This document shows, one piece after another, positions 33,886 to 43,249 of a DNA stretch of 64,000 bases. The notes under the pieces are model-generated. The model saw nothing but the letters and a program-made list of their open reading frames with translations. It did no database searches and was not told where the DNA came from. Both the position numbers and the translations under genes were made by a program. Location: contig JBBTXS010000004.1 of the NCBI GenBank assembly GCA_038062115.1, forward strand, positions 5,009 through 69,008. The letters are read 5' to 3'. Positions within the stretch are counted from its first letter, which is position 1; each line of letters starts with the position of its first letter. The stretch is from Patescibacteria group bacterium. Lineage in GTDB: Bacteria; Patescibacteriota; Microgenomatia; Levybacterales; UBA12049.

Positions 33886-35021
33886 TAAAAAAAACATTAT
33901 ATTTTTTACTTGAGTGGAAAGCGATCGTTCTTATTTTTGCAATTATCTCAATACTTATACTTCCTCTTAATTTTATTTTTACTCCTAATACACTATACAA
34001 ACTTAATTATCCATACCTTCTTTATATTTGGGGAAACTTTGATGGTATACATTATCTTAGTATTGCAAAAAGTGGATATTTTACTTATCAACAGGCATTT
34101 TTCCCATTTTATCCACTAATAATTCATTTTGCAGCAAGTCTTATTCACTACCAATACCTAATAGCAGGTCTAATTGTTTCCCACATAAGTTTTTTTCTTG
34201 CCATTCTTACGGTTTGGAAGCTTCTTGTTTTGGATAATTATAAAAAAATGTTTTTTTTCTTATTGTTAGTTTTACTTATGTTTCCTACATCTGCCTTTTA
34301 CGGAGCAGTTTATAATGATTCTTTATTCTTTTTTCTTGCAACACTTTGTATATACATGGGAAGACAAAATAAATGGATTCTAGGAGGTGTAGTTGGGGCA
34401 CTTGCAACATTAACGCGATTAAACGGGCTGGCGCTTTTTTTCTATCTTCTTTTTGAATACTTATATGCAAATAAATTCACTCTCACTTCTATTTCTTTTA
34501 CAAAGATTAGATATTTTTTTACGAAACACGTATATGCAATTTTATTGATTCCTTTTGCATTTTTGGGCTATCTGTTGTATGTACAGAGTACACAAGGAGA
34601 TTGGAACATGGTTTTTTCCTCAATGAAGATTTGGAATCAAGATAAGATTACTTTTCCTCTCCAAGTAGTATGGCGTTATTTAAAGATCATATTTTTGGAT
34701 AGAAGTTTTAACACTGTATATTGGGTAGCAATCATAGAATTACTATTTGTTGTTTGGTATAGCATTATTATTATATATTCATACAAAAAAATTAGATTTT
34801 CCTATTGGATATTTATGGTCTTGTCATTTCTTATACCGTCTTTGACGGGAACATTTTCTGGTATGCCAAGATATGGTTTACATCTCTATCCTTTCTTTTT
34901 GTCTTCAACAATGTTTATTTCAAATAAAAGATCTCTATTCAAAACTCTATATTTTTCTATCTCAATTATACTCATGTTTATTGTGGTTATGTTTTTTACA
35001 AGAGGTTACTTTATATCTTAA
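33882..35021 (+). CDS. Polytopic membrane protein, PIG-V-like mannosyltransferase (GT-C) candidate
   Basis: 379 aa. WGNFDGIHYLSIAKSGY...QQAFFPFYPLII matches the W..WD..WY..IA..GY...AFFP.YP pattern of bacterial PIG-V/GT76-like proteins. Confidence 0.6.
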   Translation: MIKKTLYFLLEWKAIVLIFAIISILILPLNFIFTPNTLYKLNYPYLLYIWGNFDGIHYLSIAKSGYFTYQQAFFPFYPLIIHFAASLIHYQYLIAGLIVSHISFFLAILTVWKLLVLDNYKKMFFFLLLVLLMFPTSAFYGAVYNDSLFFFLATLCIYMGRQNKWILGGVVGALATLTRLNGLALFFYLLFEYLYANKFTLTSISFTKIRYFFTKHVYAILLIPFAFLGYLLYVQSTQGDWNMVFSSMKIWNQDKITFPLQVVWRYLKIIFLDRSFNTVYWVAIIELLFVVWYSIIIIYSYKKIRFSYWIFMVLSFLIPSLTGTFSGMPRYGLHLYPFFLSSTMFISNKRSLFKTLYFSISIILMFIVVMFFTRGYFIS

Positions 35022-35022
35022 T

Positions 35023-35733
35023 ATGAAGATAAAAAGTCTTTCGATATTTTTCCCTGCATATAATGACGCGAAGAGCATTGAAGAGTTGATTAATAAAGCA
35101 AATATGGTTGCCCAAAAAATTACAAAAGATTACGAAATTATTGTGATAAATGACGGATCAAAAGATCATACAAAAAATATTCTTGAAAAGCTGCAGAAAA
35201 CCTATAAAAAATTAAAAGTTATTCATCACTCTGAAAATCTAGGCTACGGGGCAGCATTGTCAGCAGGTTTTAAAAACTCAAATAAAGAGTGGATATTTTA
35301 TACAGATGGCGATGGTCAGTACGATCCTAAAGATCTATCACTGTTGATAAAAAATATTAATCCCAATACAGATGTAGTAAATGGATATAAGTTGAGACGA
35401 GCAGACAATTTTATTAGAAAAATTCTTGGGTATCTCTATAATTCTTTTCTACACCTACTATATCCAATTCCAATTAAAGATGTAGATTGCGATTTTAGGC
35501 TTATTAGAAGATCAAAAATTAAAGATATAAAACTTAATAACAGCGGAGGATCTGTTTGTCTTGAGCTTATCTTGAAACTTCAAGAGAATAGAGCGAGGTT
35601 TATCGAAGTTGGAGTGCATCATTACGAAAGAATGCATGGACATTCAGAATTTTTCAATGTGAAAAACGTTTTCAACCTAGTTATTCAAACTTGCGTCTTA
35701 TATGTTAGATATCGGATTCTTAGAAAAATATAA
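35023..35733 (+). CDS. Family 2 glycosyltransferase, polyprenyl-phosphate sugar synthase-like
   Basis: The true start is ATG 35023 (MKIKSLSIFFPAYNDAKSI), right after the upstream TAA. VINDGSKDHT and FYTDGDGQYDP (DXD) are present. Confidence 0.75.
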   Translation: MKIKSLSIFFPAYNDAKSIEELINKANMVAQKITKDYEIIVINDGSKDHTKNILEKLQKTYKKLKVIHHSENLGYGAALSAGFKNSNKEWIFYTDGDGQYDPKDLSLLIKNINPNTDVVNGYKLRRADNFIRKILGYLYNSFLHLLYPIPIKDVDCDFRLIRRSKIKDIKLNNSGGSVCLELILKLQENRARFIEVGVHHYERMHGHSEFFNVKNVFNLVIQTCVLYVRYRILRKI

Positions 35734-36480
35734 CTTTTTTGCAACAAGAATAATAGAAGATCCAATAGGGAAATCTATAAATCGCAATAATCTATTTTCA
35801 ATAAGCTGAATAGAAAAGAAAGCTTGGTTTAAAATATATGGAGTTAAAGTTTGATCAGTATTGTCTCCAGCAATCTTCCAAAGAATTTTTTTTATAAGTT
35901 TTATTGAAGCAACAATTGGAAATAAGAAAAATACTCTATAACTACACTTTAAGATATTCCAATGGGAGTAAGAAACATATGATTTTAGTTTATCTTTTAA
36001 AAATCTTACTCGAAAATTTGTAACTGCATCGTGTGGAGAGCGAAGCCATGGAAGAGCGGCGCAATGGATTAGTAAAAGTCCGTTTGGTTTTAATACTCTA
36101 TAGAACTCTTCTAGGGCTTTTTGGATATTCTGATCCGAGGTCATGCTTCCCAGAACATCTATGCAAATAACCGTATCAAAATAATTCTTACAGAATGGAA
36201 TATTAAGGATAGATCCTTTTTTAGCGGTCTTTAAACGCCTTTTTTTACACAAAGCAACTGCATCGGTTGAGAGATCTATCCCATATGCCAAATGCCCTTT
36301 TGATAACAAAAATTTTATATTCATTCCTGTCCCGCATCCAGCATCTAATATGCGTAATTTTTGTCCTTTTTGTGAAAGATGATATTGGAGAAGATCTCGC
36401 AGTCCTTTATTCCACCACATATTCTTTTCTGTTTTATACATAGTATAGTATTCGTGTTTTTGCATAAGAGACGATTTCAT
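35698..36480 (-). CDS. Class I SAM-dependent methyltransferase
   Basis: RILDAGCGTGMNIKFLLSKGHLAYGIDLS (motif I). The track start 36507 is TTG; ATG candidates are at 36480 and 36465. The 3' end overlaps the convergent GT2 by 36 nt. Confidence 0.7.
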   Translation of the reverse strand: MKSSLMQKHEYYTMYKTEKNMWWNKGLRDLLQYHLSQKGQKLRILDAGCGTGMNIKFLLSKGHLAYGIDLSTDAVALCKKRRLKTAKKGSILNIPFCKNYFDTVICIDVLGSMTSDQNIQKALEEFYRVLKPNGLLLIHCAALPWLRSPHDAVTNFRVRFLKDKLKSYVSYSHWNILKCSYRVFFLFPIVASIKLIKKILWKIAGDNTDQTLTPYILNQAFFSIQLIENRLLRFIDFPIGSSIILVAKKLYFSKNPISNI

Positions 36481-36581
36481 ATCTAAAGTATACAGGAAAC
36501 TTTGCAAATATATTGAGTTTTTAATAGAATTGTTATATAGAATTTATTGTCCTTATAACCCTTATAAAATGTTTTATATTA

Positions 36582-37910
36582 ATGAAAGATAAATCTTTGT
36601 TGTTGGCGAAAAAAATTTTGAGGCAAGAATTAATAAGCGGAAGCGTATATATTTTTATCGGCTCCATTTTTGCCAATATATTCAATCTTTTTTTTAACTT
36701 ATTTATGAGTAGAAATCTGGCAGTGGAAGAGTATGGTATTTTTACGAGCTCTATATCTTTAGTTATGCTTATAGCGATTCCTGTGGGATCAATAACCCCT
36801 ACAGTAGTTAGCTTTGCAGGCTCGAGATTTGCAAAAGAAGATTACGGGTCTGTTAAGGCGCTTTTTCTAAAAATTACAAAACCCCTTCTTATTATAGGAG
36901 TTGTTATTTTTTTTTGTTTTGTCATCTTTGCAAGATACATAGGAGATTTTTTTCACATTGAGGATAAATCTATAATTGTTATTGCTGGGTTTATTGCGGC
37001 TATGGCTTATATCGGCGCAGTCAATAGTGGACTTCTCCAGGCAAGATTGGCGTTTAAATTTATTTCTTTCTCAAATTTTATTTCTACTCTTTCAAAATTA
37101 TTGATTGGAGTCGTCTTGGTTTTTTGGGGGCTTAGTGTAAAAGGAGCTATGCTCGCGGTATTTATTTCAGGAGTAATTCCACTTATTCTTAGTTTTATTT
37201 ATTTAAGGTTTGTTTTCTTAAGTAATGCCAATAATTCAAATAAATTACGTTTTAAGAATCTTCTTTCTTATGGTTTACCATCCTCTCTTGCTACTTTAGG
37301 CATGGCATCCTTGATCTCTACAGATATTCTTTTGGTAAAACATTTTTTTGATCCTCTCTCGGCAGGCATTTATGCTGGTTTGTCTCTGGTTGGAAAAGTA
37401 ATCTTCTTTTTTACCGCTCCCATAGGAAGCGTAATGTTTCCTTTAATCGTTAAAAAATACGCCAGAAATGAAAGTTATAATAATATTTTTAAGCTAGCGA
37501 TTGCTTTGGTTTTTGTTCCTTCTATTCTTATTTCCATATTTTACTTTTTGTATCCCGATATATCTATTAGTTTTTTTATAAAAAATGAAATTTATTTATC
37601 TGCTTCTGGCATTCTTGGATTATTTGGAATATTTATAGCAACTTATTCTTTAATTTCGCTTTTTGTGTACTATTTTTTATCGATTAAAAAAACCAAAGTT
37701 TACATTCCTGTTATTTTGGGAGCCATAAGTCAAATACTTCTTATTATTTTTTATCATGATCGTCTTTTTACAATTGTGGTTATTTCTCTTGTTATATCAT
37801 TAATTCTTCTTGCGATGCTTGTAATTTATTATCTAAAAATTTATAGAGAATATAAAAAGATTAATAAGGAAACTATTATTATTGGAAAGGAAGGAGGGAT
37901 TACTTACTAA
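36582..37910 (+). CDS. Wzx-type oligosaccharide flippase (MOP superfamily)
   Basis: 442 aa with about 12-14 TM segments. It has the typical flippase architecture and lies in a glycan cluster. Confidence 0.65.
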   Translation: MKDKSLLLAKKILRQELISGSVYIFIGSIFANIFNLFFNLFMSRNLAVEEYGIFTSSISLVMLIAIPVGSITPTVVSFAGSRFAKEDYGSVKALFLKITKPLLIIGVVIFFCFVIFARYIGDFFHIEDKSIIVIAGFIAAMAYIGAVNSGLLQARLAFKFISFSNFISTLSKLLIGVVLVFWGLSVKGAMLAVFISGVIPLILSFIYLRFVFLSNANNSNKLRFKNLLSYGLPSSLATLGMASLISTDILLVKHFFDPLSAGIYAGLSLVGKVIFFFTAPIGSVMFPLIVKKYARNESYNNIFKLAIALVFVPSILISIFYFLYPDISISFFIKNEIYLSASGILGLFGIFIATYSLISLFVYYFLSIKKTKVYIPVILGAISQILLIIFYHDRLFTIVVISLVISLILLAMLVIYYLKIYREYKKINKETIIIGKEGGITY

Positions 37911-37914
37911 TATT

Positions 37915-38027
37915 ATGACTGGGTCACAATTGTCATTTCGAGCTTGCCGAGAAATCTCCTTCAACGAGATTCCTCGACTCGCTCACGCTCGCTCGGAATG
38001 ACAAATGGGTATTTATGACCCAGCCAT
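37915..38027 (+). mobile_element. MITE copy B (about 113 bp) with a 9-bp target-site duplication ACTAATATT
   Basis: Direct repeats actaatatt at 37906-37914 (containing the flippase stop TAA 37908-37910) and 38028-38036. Termini are atgactgggtcacaa and the reverse complement of atggctgggtcataa. Same internal structure as copy A. Confidence 0.85.
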
Positions 38028-38075
38028 ACTAATATTATGGCAATAAAGCTTAGTATTTGATAATATGGGCTAGCT

Positions 38076-38648
38076 ATGGAGTTTATTACTCTTGCAAATA
38101 AAGATAAAGTAAAGCTTATTAAAGATGTCTTATTACATCCGCTCAAGATTAATAGCGATAAGACTGGAGTTTTGGTTGAGACACTTAGAACCGATTGGAA
38201 AGGAATTTATGGAAAAGATAGAGAATTTTTTATGCAATATTATTCTATTACGGCCCCTGGAATTGCACGAGACGAAAACATTTGGCATTATCATCCAACA
38301 ATCCAAGAGGATAGATTTTTGGTGGCAAAAGGGGAGATTGTCGTTGCAGTTTTTGACAATCGAAGTAAATCTTCAACAAAGGGCATTTTAAACTTATTTT
38401 ATATGCAGGCAGATAAAGATCCATATATATTATTGATTACCAAAAGAGTTCTTCATGGATTTTTGGTTGTCTCAAAAGAGCCCGCAGTTGTTCTTAATTC
38501 CCCAACGTCTATTTATGATCCCAAAGAAGAATCTCGCATTTCGTTTAGAGAGGCTCAAGTTAAGGTTGGGAATGGCTCTTTGTTCTCATGGGATCAAGTT
38601 CGTAAATTTTTCTCCCAAGAAAGCATTAGATCAAATGGAAAAGCTTGA
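38076..38648 (+). CDS. RmlC-like cupin protein
   Basis: 190 aa. NIWHYHPTIQEDRFLVAKGEIVVAVFDNRSKSSTKG...VLHGF follows the cupin epimerase pattern. Confidence 0.55.
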   Translation: MEFITLANKDKVKLIKDVLLHPLKINSDKTGVLVETLRTDWKGIYGKDREFFMQYYSITAPGIARDENIWHYHPTIQEDRFLVAKGEIVVAVFDNRSKSSTKGILNLFYMQADKDPYILLITKRVLHGFLVVSKEPAVVLNSPTSIYDPKEESRISFREAQVKVGNGSLFSWDQVRKFFSQESIRSNGKA

Positions 38649-39378
38649 TTTACTTTCTATTGTTATTCCTGCCTATAAGCAAGAGAAAACGATAGCCAAA
38701 GATATTAAAAGATTAAATAAGGTAATACAGGGCTTTGGTATTAAATACGAAATTATTGTTGTAGTTGATGGGTTCATGGATAGGACTTATAAAAAGCTTA
38801 AATCTATTAAGATTAATAATTTAAAGATATATGGATATAAGGATAATCGAGGCAAAGGTTATGCTGTAACTTATGGAATGTTAAAGGCAAAAGGAGACAT
38901 AATCGGTTTTATAGATGCGGGTATGGATATTGATCCTTCTGCAATTTCTATGCTTCTTGATTTTATGAAATTACATGATGCAGATATAGTTGTAGGAAGT
39001 AAGCTTCATCCGGATTCTATAGTGCGTTATCCTCTGAAAAGAAAAATTCTTTCCTGGGGATATAGAACTTTTACCCATTTATTGTTTGGTTTTAATATTA
39101 GAGACACTCAAGTTGGGCTTAAATTATTCAAAAAAGAAGTTGTGAGACGTGTATTTCCGAAGATTTTAGTAAAACAGTTTGCATTTGACGTTGAGGTTTT
39201 AGCTGTTTCGTATGCTTATGGATATACAAAAATCTATGAAGCACCGATCAAACTTACTTTTAAAGATAACAGCAGTATTACATCGGGAAGTTTTTGGAAA
39301 ATTATCTTGCTTATGCTCTGGGATACTACAGCAGTATTTTATAAATTAAAAGTTTTACATTACTATAACAAGCAATGA
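38635..39378 (+). CDS. Family 2 glycosyltransferase, polyprenyl-phosphate sugar synthase-like
   Basis: True start is ATG 38635 (MEKLDLLSIVIPAYKQEKTI). VVVDGFMDRT and FIDAGMDIDP are present. Confidence 0.7.
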   Translation: MEKLDLLSIVIPAYKQEKTIAKDIKRLNKVIQGFGIKYEIIVVVDGFMDRTYKKLKSIKINNLKIYGYKDNRGKGYAVTYGMLKAKGDIIGFIDAGMDIDPSAISMLLDFMKLHDADIVVGSKLHPDSIVRYPLKRKILSWGYRTFTHLLFGFNIRDTQVGLKLFKKEVVRRVFPKILVKQFAFDVEVLAVSYAYGYTKIYEAPIKLTFKDNSSITSGSFWKIILLMLWDTTAVFYKLKVLHYYNKQ

Positions 39379-40493
39379 AAATTCTTATTTTGAATTGGCG
39401 CGACATTAATCATCCATTGTCGGGAGGTGCAGAAATTTCCCTTTTTGAACATGCAAAATATTGGAAAAGCAAGGGAGCAGAAGTTTTATGGTTTACGTCA
39501 TGCTTTAAGAGGGCAAAGCTTGAAGAAGAAATAGAGGGGATAAAAATTATTAGAAGGGGTTCTTATTATACTGTTCATATTCATGCACTATTTTATTATT
39601 TATTAAAGATACGTAAAAATGTTGACATAATAGTTGACAACTTTCACTTTATACCATTTTTTACTCCTTTTTATGCTCCAAAAAAAAAGATTATTGCTTT
39701 CATCAATGAACCGGCAAAGAACAACTGGTTTAACAATATCTATTTTCCTATTAGTCTTCTGGGCTTTTTAATTGAGCCACTTTTTTTTATTTTTTATCGT
39801 GAAATTCAATTTATAACTGCTGCTTCATCTATAGCAAAAGAATTAAAAGATTACGGTATAAGTTCAAATAGCATTCATATTATCCATCATGGAGCGTCTG
39901 CTGTCAGACTAGAAAGAGATATAGATAAGAAGCAGCCTCCAGCAATTATATATCTTTCTCAACTTTCTCAGGATAAAGGAATAGAAGATGCTCTTAACGC
40001 ATTTGCTATTTTCTCAAAATATAATAAAGAATTAAGATTTTGGGTTGTTGGAAAAGCTAAAAATAAATCATACGAAAGAGAAGTTAAAAATCTTACCCAT
40101 AGACTTAATATAGCTGATAAGGTGAAGTTTTTTGGTTTTGTTTCTGAAGATAAAAAATTTCAGCTACTGTCTAAATCTTGGGTTTTAATTCATCCATCAG
40201 CGAGGGAAGGGTGGGGATTAAATGTTATTGAAGCAAACTCCGTTGGAGTTCCTACGGTTGGATATAATGTTACAGGTCTTAGAGATTCCATATTGCATAT
40301 GAAAACGGGTATACTAACAGAAAATAATACGCCTCAAGGTTTGGCGAAGTCTTTGGGTTTACTTATTGAAGACCCCAAACTATACGATAAACTCTCGAAA
40401 AACGCTTTAGATTGGTCTGAAAATTTCTCATGGAATAAAGCAGGAGAAATGAGTTGGAAATTAATAGGAGATGTTTATGCCAAAAAAAACTAA
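39375..40493 (+). CDS. GT4 (GT-B fold) glycosyltransferase
   Basis: 372 aa. REGWGLNVIEANSVGVPTVGYNVTGLRDSI (E-x7-E region). ATGA overlap. Confidence 0.75.
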   Translation: MKILILNWRDINHPLSGGAEISLFEHAKYWKSKGAEVLWFTSCFKRAKLEEEIEGIKIIRRGSYYTVHIHALFYYLLKIRKNVDIIVDNFHFIPFFTPFYAPKKKIIAFINEPAKNNWFNNIYFPISLLGFLIEPLFFIFYREIQFITAASSIAKELKDYGISSNSIHIIHHGASAVRLERDIDKKQPPAIIYLSQLSQDKGIEDALNAFAIFSKYNKELRFWVVGKAKNKSYEREVKNLTHRLNIADKVKFFGFVSEDKKFQLLSKSWVLIHPSAREGWGLNVIEANSVGVPTVGYNVTGLRDSILHMKTGILTENNTPQGLAKSLGLLIEDPKLYDKLSKNALDWSENFSWNKAGEMSWKLIGDVYAKKN

Positions 40494-41319
40494 TCCACCA
40501 ATGAGTCCCCCTTTAATTTCTGTTGTCATAGCCTCTTTTAATTCTAGAAGAACAATAGAAAAATGCCTTCTTTCTATAAAAAAGCAGACTTATCCAAATT
40601 TGGAAATTATAGTAGTCGATGGTTTAAATTATAACCCCTTAGAGCAAAAACAGTGCAAAGCTATAATTGGAAAATATGCAACATACTATCAGGATGGTCC
40701 AGAACGCAGTATTCAGAGAAATAAGGGAATTAATGAAGCTAAGGGAGAATTTATTTTGGTTATAGATCAGGATATGTATCTAACGGAAAATGTGATTAAG
40801 GATTGCTACGCAATGATTTTGAGCGGTAATTATATAGCCCTTACCATACCTGAAGTTTCCATAGGCGTTGGATATTGGACTCAATGCGTTGCTTTTGAAA
40901 GACATATAACGACCTTTTTAGAAGAGGGAATGAATGAGTGCTGTAGGTTTTTTAGGAAAAAAGATGCCCTAGCAATCAACGGATTTGATCCAGCAATTGT
41001 TGGAGTTGAAGATTCTGACTTTCACTATAGGATGAAGATGAAAGGGAAAATAGGTAAAATCAAAGAGTTTATATATCATGACGAAGGAAAAACGAGTTTT
41101 TTTGGCAGGATTAAAAAGAAATATTATTATAGCAAGGCATTTAGAATGTACTTAAGAAGGTATCCGGATATAGCTGCTGCGCAATTTTTTCCTATTAAAA
41201 AAGCTTATATAAAGCATTTTGGTTTATTATTAAAACACCCATTCCTAACAGCAGGTTTTATATTGTTGCGTACAGGAGAAGTTTTAGCTGGTTTTTTTGG
41301 TATAATATTTAAAATTTAA
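40477..41319 (+). CDS. Family 2 glycosyltransferase
   Basis: AGGAG at 40466-40470 sits 6 nt before ATG 40477. LISVVIASFNSRRTIEKCLLSIKKQTYPNLEIIVVDG and VIDQDM are present. Confidence 0.75.
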   Translation: MPKKTNPPMSPPLISVVIASFNSRRTIEKCLLSIKKQTYPNLEIIVVDGLNYNPLEQKQCKAIIGKYATYYQDGPERSIQRNKGINEAKGEFILVIDQDMYLTENVIKDCYAMILSGNYIALTIPEVSIGVGYWTQCVAFERHITTFLEEGMNECCRFFRKKDALAINGFDPAIVGVEDSDFHYRMKMKGKIGKIKEFIYHDEGKTSFFGRIKKKYYYSKAFRMYLRRYPDIAAAQFFPIKKAYIKHFGLLLKHPFLTAGFILLRTGEVLAGFFGIIFKI

Positions 41320-41322
41320 TTT

Positions 41323-42261
41323 ATGCAAGCTGATAGCATTGAAGGGAAACGGGTACTGATAACAGGGGTAACGGGTTTTGTCGGAAAGGCGCTTGAGAAA
41401 CGTCTTGGGGAATTAGGCGCTAAAGTTTTTGGAATTTCAAGATCTATTAATAATGATAAGAAAAATTTAAGAGCAAATATATTGGATTATTCGACAATCA
41501 ACAATTTTATAATAGATTCAAAAATACAAATATGCTTTCATTTGGCGTCAGAGTCTTTGGTAGAGGCTGGACAGAAAGATCCTTACCTCACATTCAAAAT
41601 TAACATTGAAGGTACACTAAATATTCTTGAGAGCGCAAGGAAGAATAACTTAGAAAAGATAATAATTGCTTCCACATCTCATGTATATGGCAAAAATAAG
41701 GTTCCTTATCTTGAAAGTTATATGCCAAGACCAACAAGACCATATGAAACCTCAAAAGCGTGTACAGATATAATGGCTCAATCTTATGCTGAAAGTTTTT
41801 ATCTTCCTGTTTTGATACCAAGATTCGTAAATATTTATGGCCCAGGAGATTTGAATTTCCAAAGACTGATTCCCAAAACAATAAAAAGCGTTCTTGGTGG
41901 GCTATCGCCCACAATGTGGGGAGGAGAAGCAATAAGAGATTACTTGTTTATTGACGATGCGATAGACGCATATTTATTACTTGCTAAAATCAATATAAGC
42001 AAAGTTGGAGACAATAGAGTCTTTAACTTTGGAAGTTCAAATATGATTAGCGTTGAGGACTTAATAAAAAAAATTATCAAGATATCAGGTAAAAATCTCA
42101 TAATTAAAAAAGAAAGCATTGAAAGAGAAGGTGAAATAGTATCCCAATATGTTTCCTTTAATAAGGCAATTCGGGTGCTTGGTTGGAATCCTAAAATTTC
42201 ACTTGATGAAGGCTTGAAGAGAACTGTTGCTTGGTATTCAAAATTTCTATATAATAAATAA
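41323..42261 (+). CDS. NAD-dependent sugar-nucleotide dehydratase/epimerase (extended SDR; CDP-glucose 4,6-dehydratase-like)
   Basis: 312 aa. VLITGVTGFVGKAL, YETSKACTD (YxxxK) and RFVNIYGPGDLNFQRLIP. Paralogous to 51627-52559. Confidence 0.65.
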   Translation: MQADSIEGKRVLITGVTGFVGKALEKRLGELGAKVFGISRSINNDKKNLRANILDYSTINNFIIDSKIQICFHLASESLVEAGQKDPYLTFKINIEGTLNILESARKNNLEKIIIASTSHVYGKNKVPYLESYMPRPTRPYETSKACTDIMAQSYAESFYLPVLIPRFVNIYGPGDLNFQRLIPKTIKSVLGGLSPTMWGGEAIRDYLFIDDAIDAYLLLAKINISKVGDNRVFNFGSSNMISVEDLIKKIIKISGKNLIIKKESIEREGEIVSQYVSFNKAIRVLGWNPKISLDEGLKRTVAWYSKFLYNK

Positions 42262-42284
42262 TAGTTTGTATTAGGAAACGAATA

Positions 42285-43238
42285 ATGAATTTAAAGAATA
42301 AAAAAATCCTTGTGACTGGGGGAAGTGGTTTTTTAGGTAGACATGTTATTGAAAAATTGAAAGATTTTGATGTTGAGATATTGTTTCCTAGTCACAAAGA
42401 ATTAGATCTGACAAAAGACGAGAATTGTCAAGATTATTTTTTTAAACAACGACCCCATCTGGTGATTCATTGTGCCGGTTCAATTAGTGGTCTCTTGAAT
42501 ATATTAAAAAATCCTGCAAATATCTTTGATAATAATCTAAGAATTAACCTAAATGTTTTGAAATTTTCCCAGATTTTTGGAGCTGAAAAGCTGGTAAATA
42601 TTGGTTCGACATGTGCTTATCCGGGCGAATTGCCAACAGGGTATTTTCGAGAAAAGGAATTTCTAAACGGACCAATGCATGAAAGTGTTGAGTCTTATGG
42701 TTTTTCAAAGCGGGCAATGTATATTGGCGGTAAAGCTTACAGACAACAATTTAGTTTCAACTCGATAACTTTACTTTTAACAAATATGTATGGACCAAGG
42801 GATGTTTTTACTATAGAGCGGGCTCATGTCGTTTCGGCGTTGATTAAGAAATTTGTTGATGCAAAATTAAAAAGCGAACCCGAGGTTGAAGTCTTAGGCA
42901 CAGGACGAGCTATTCGCGAGTTTTTATACGTGGAAGATGCGGCTGATGCTATTATTAAAGCTGCCGAGATTTACAACGAAGACATGCCGCTAAATGTGGG
43001 TACAGGTATGGAAACGCCTATATCAGAATTAGCTAAGTTAATAAAAGAAATTTCTAATTATTCTGGCCAAATAAAATGGAATCCCGGAGGTCCTGACGGA
43101 GCGTTAAGAAAAGTCTCAGATATATCGCGAATAAAAAATAAACTTAACTGGGAACCTAAATATAGTCTCAAAGAGGGTTTACGTAAAACCATTAGGTGGT
43201 TTGAGGATAATTATGAGTCTGCAATTTCAAAAATATAA
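42285..43238 (+). CDS. GDP-L-fucose synthase-like 4-keto-6-deoxy sugar epimerase/reductase (Fcl/ColC class SDR)
   Basis: 317 aa. ILVTGGSGFLG, SHKELDLTKDENCQDYF..RPHLVIHCAG, NIGSTCAYP, YGFSKRA and LLLTNMYGPRD are colinear with Fcl-type enzymes. Confidence 0.65.
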   Translation: MNLKNKKILVTGGSGFLGRHVIEKLKDFDVEILFPSHKELDLTKDENCQDYFFKQRPHLVIHCAGSISGLLNILKNPANIFDNNLRINLNVLKFSQIFGAEKLVNIGSTCAYPGELPTGYFREKEFLNGPMHESVESYGFSKRAMYIGGKAYRQQFSFNSITLLLTNMYGPRDVFTIERAHVVSALIKKFVDAKLKSEPEVEVLGTGRAIREFLYVEDAADAIIKAAEIYNEDMPLNVGTGMETPISELAKLIKEISNYSGQIKWNPGGPDGALRKVSDISRIKNKLNWEPKYSLKEGLRKTIRWFEDNYESAISKI

Positions 43239-43249
43239 AACTTTTATTC

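Noticed and set aside
34873-35022. N-terminal extensions proposed by the ORF track. Examples: 34873, 38455, 47485, 56343, 10195, 17875, 58613, and the TTG/GTG starts at 2455, 12008, 14841 and 51612.
   Set aside because: The extensions overlap the preceding gene in another frame and encode non-homologous leader peptides. Internal ATGs placed right after the upstream stop give N-termini that match the family pattern (for example MKIKSLSIFFPAYN, MEKLDLLSIVIPAYK, MKVLVTGGAGFIG).
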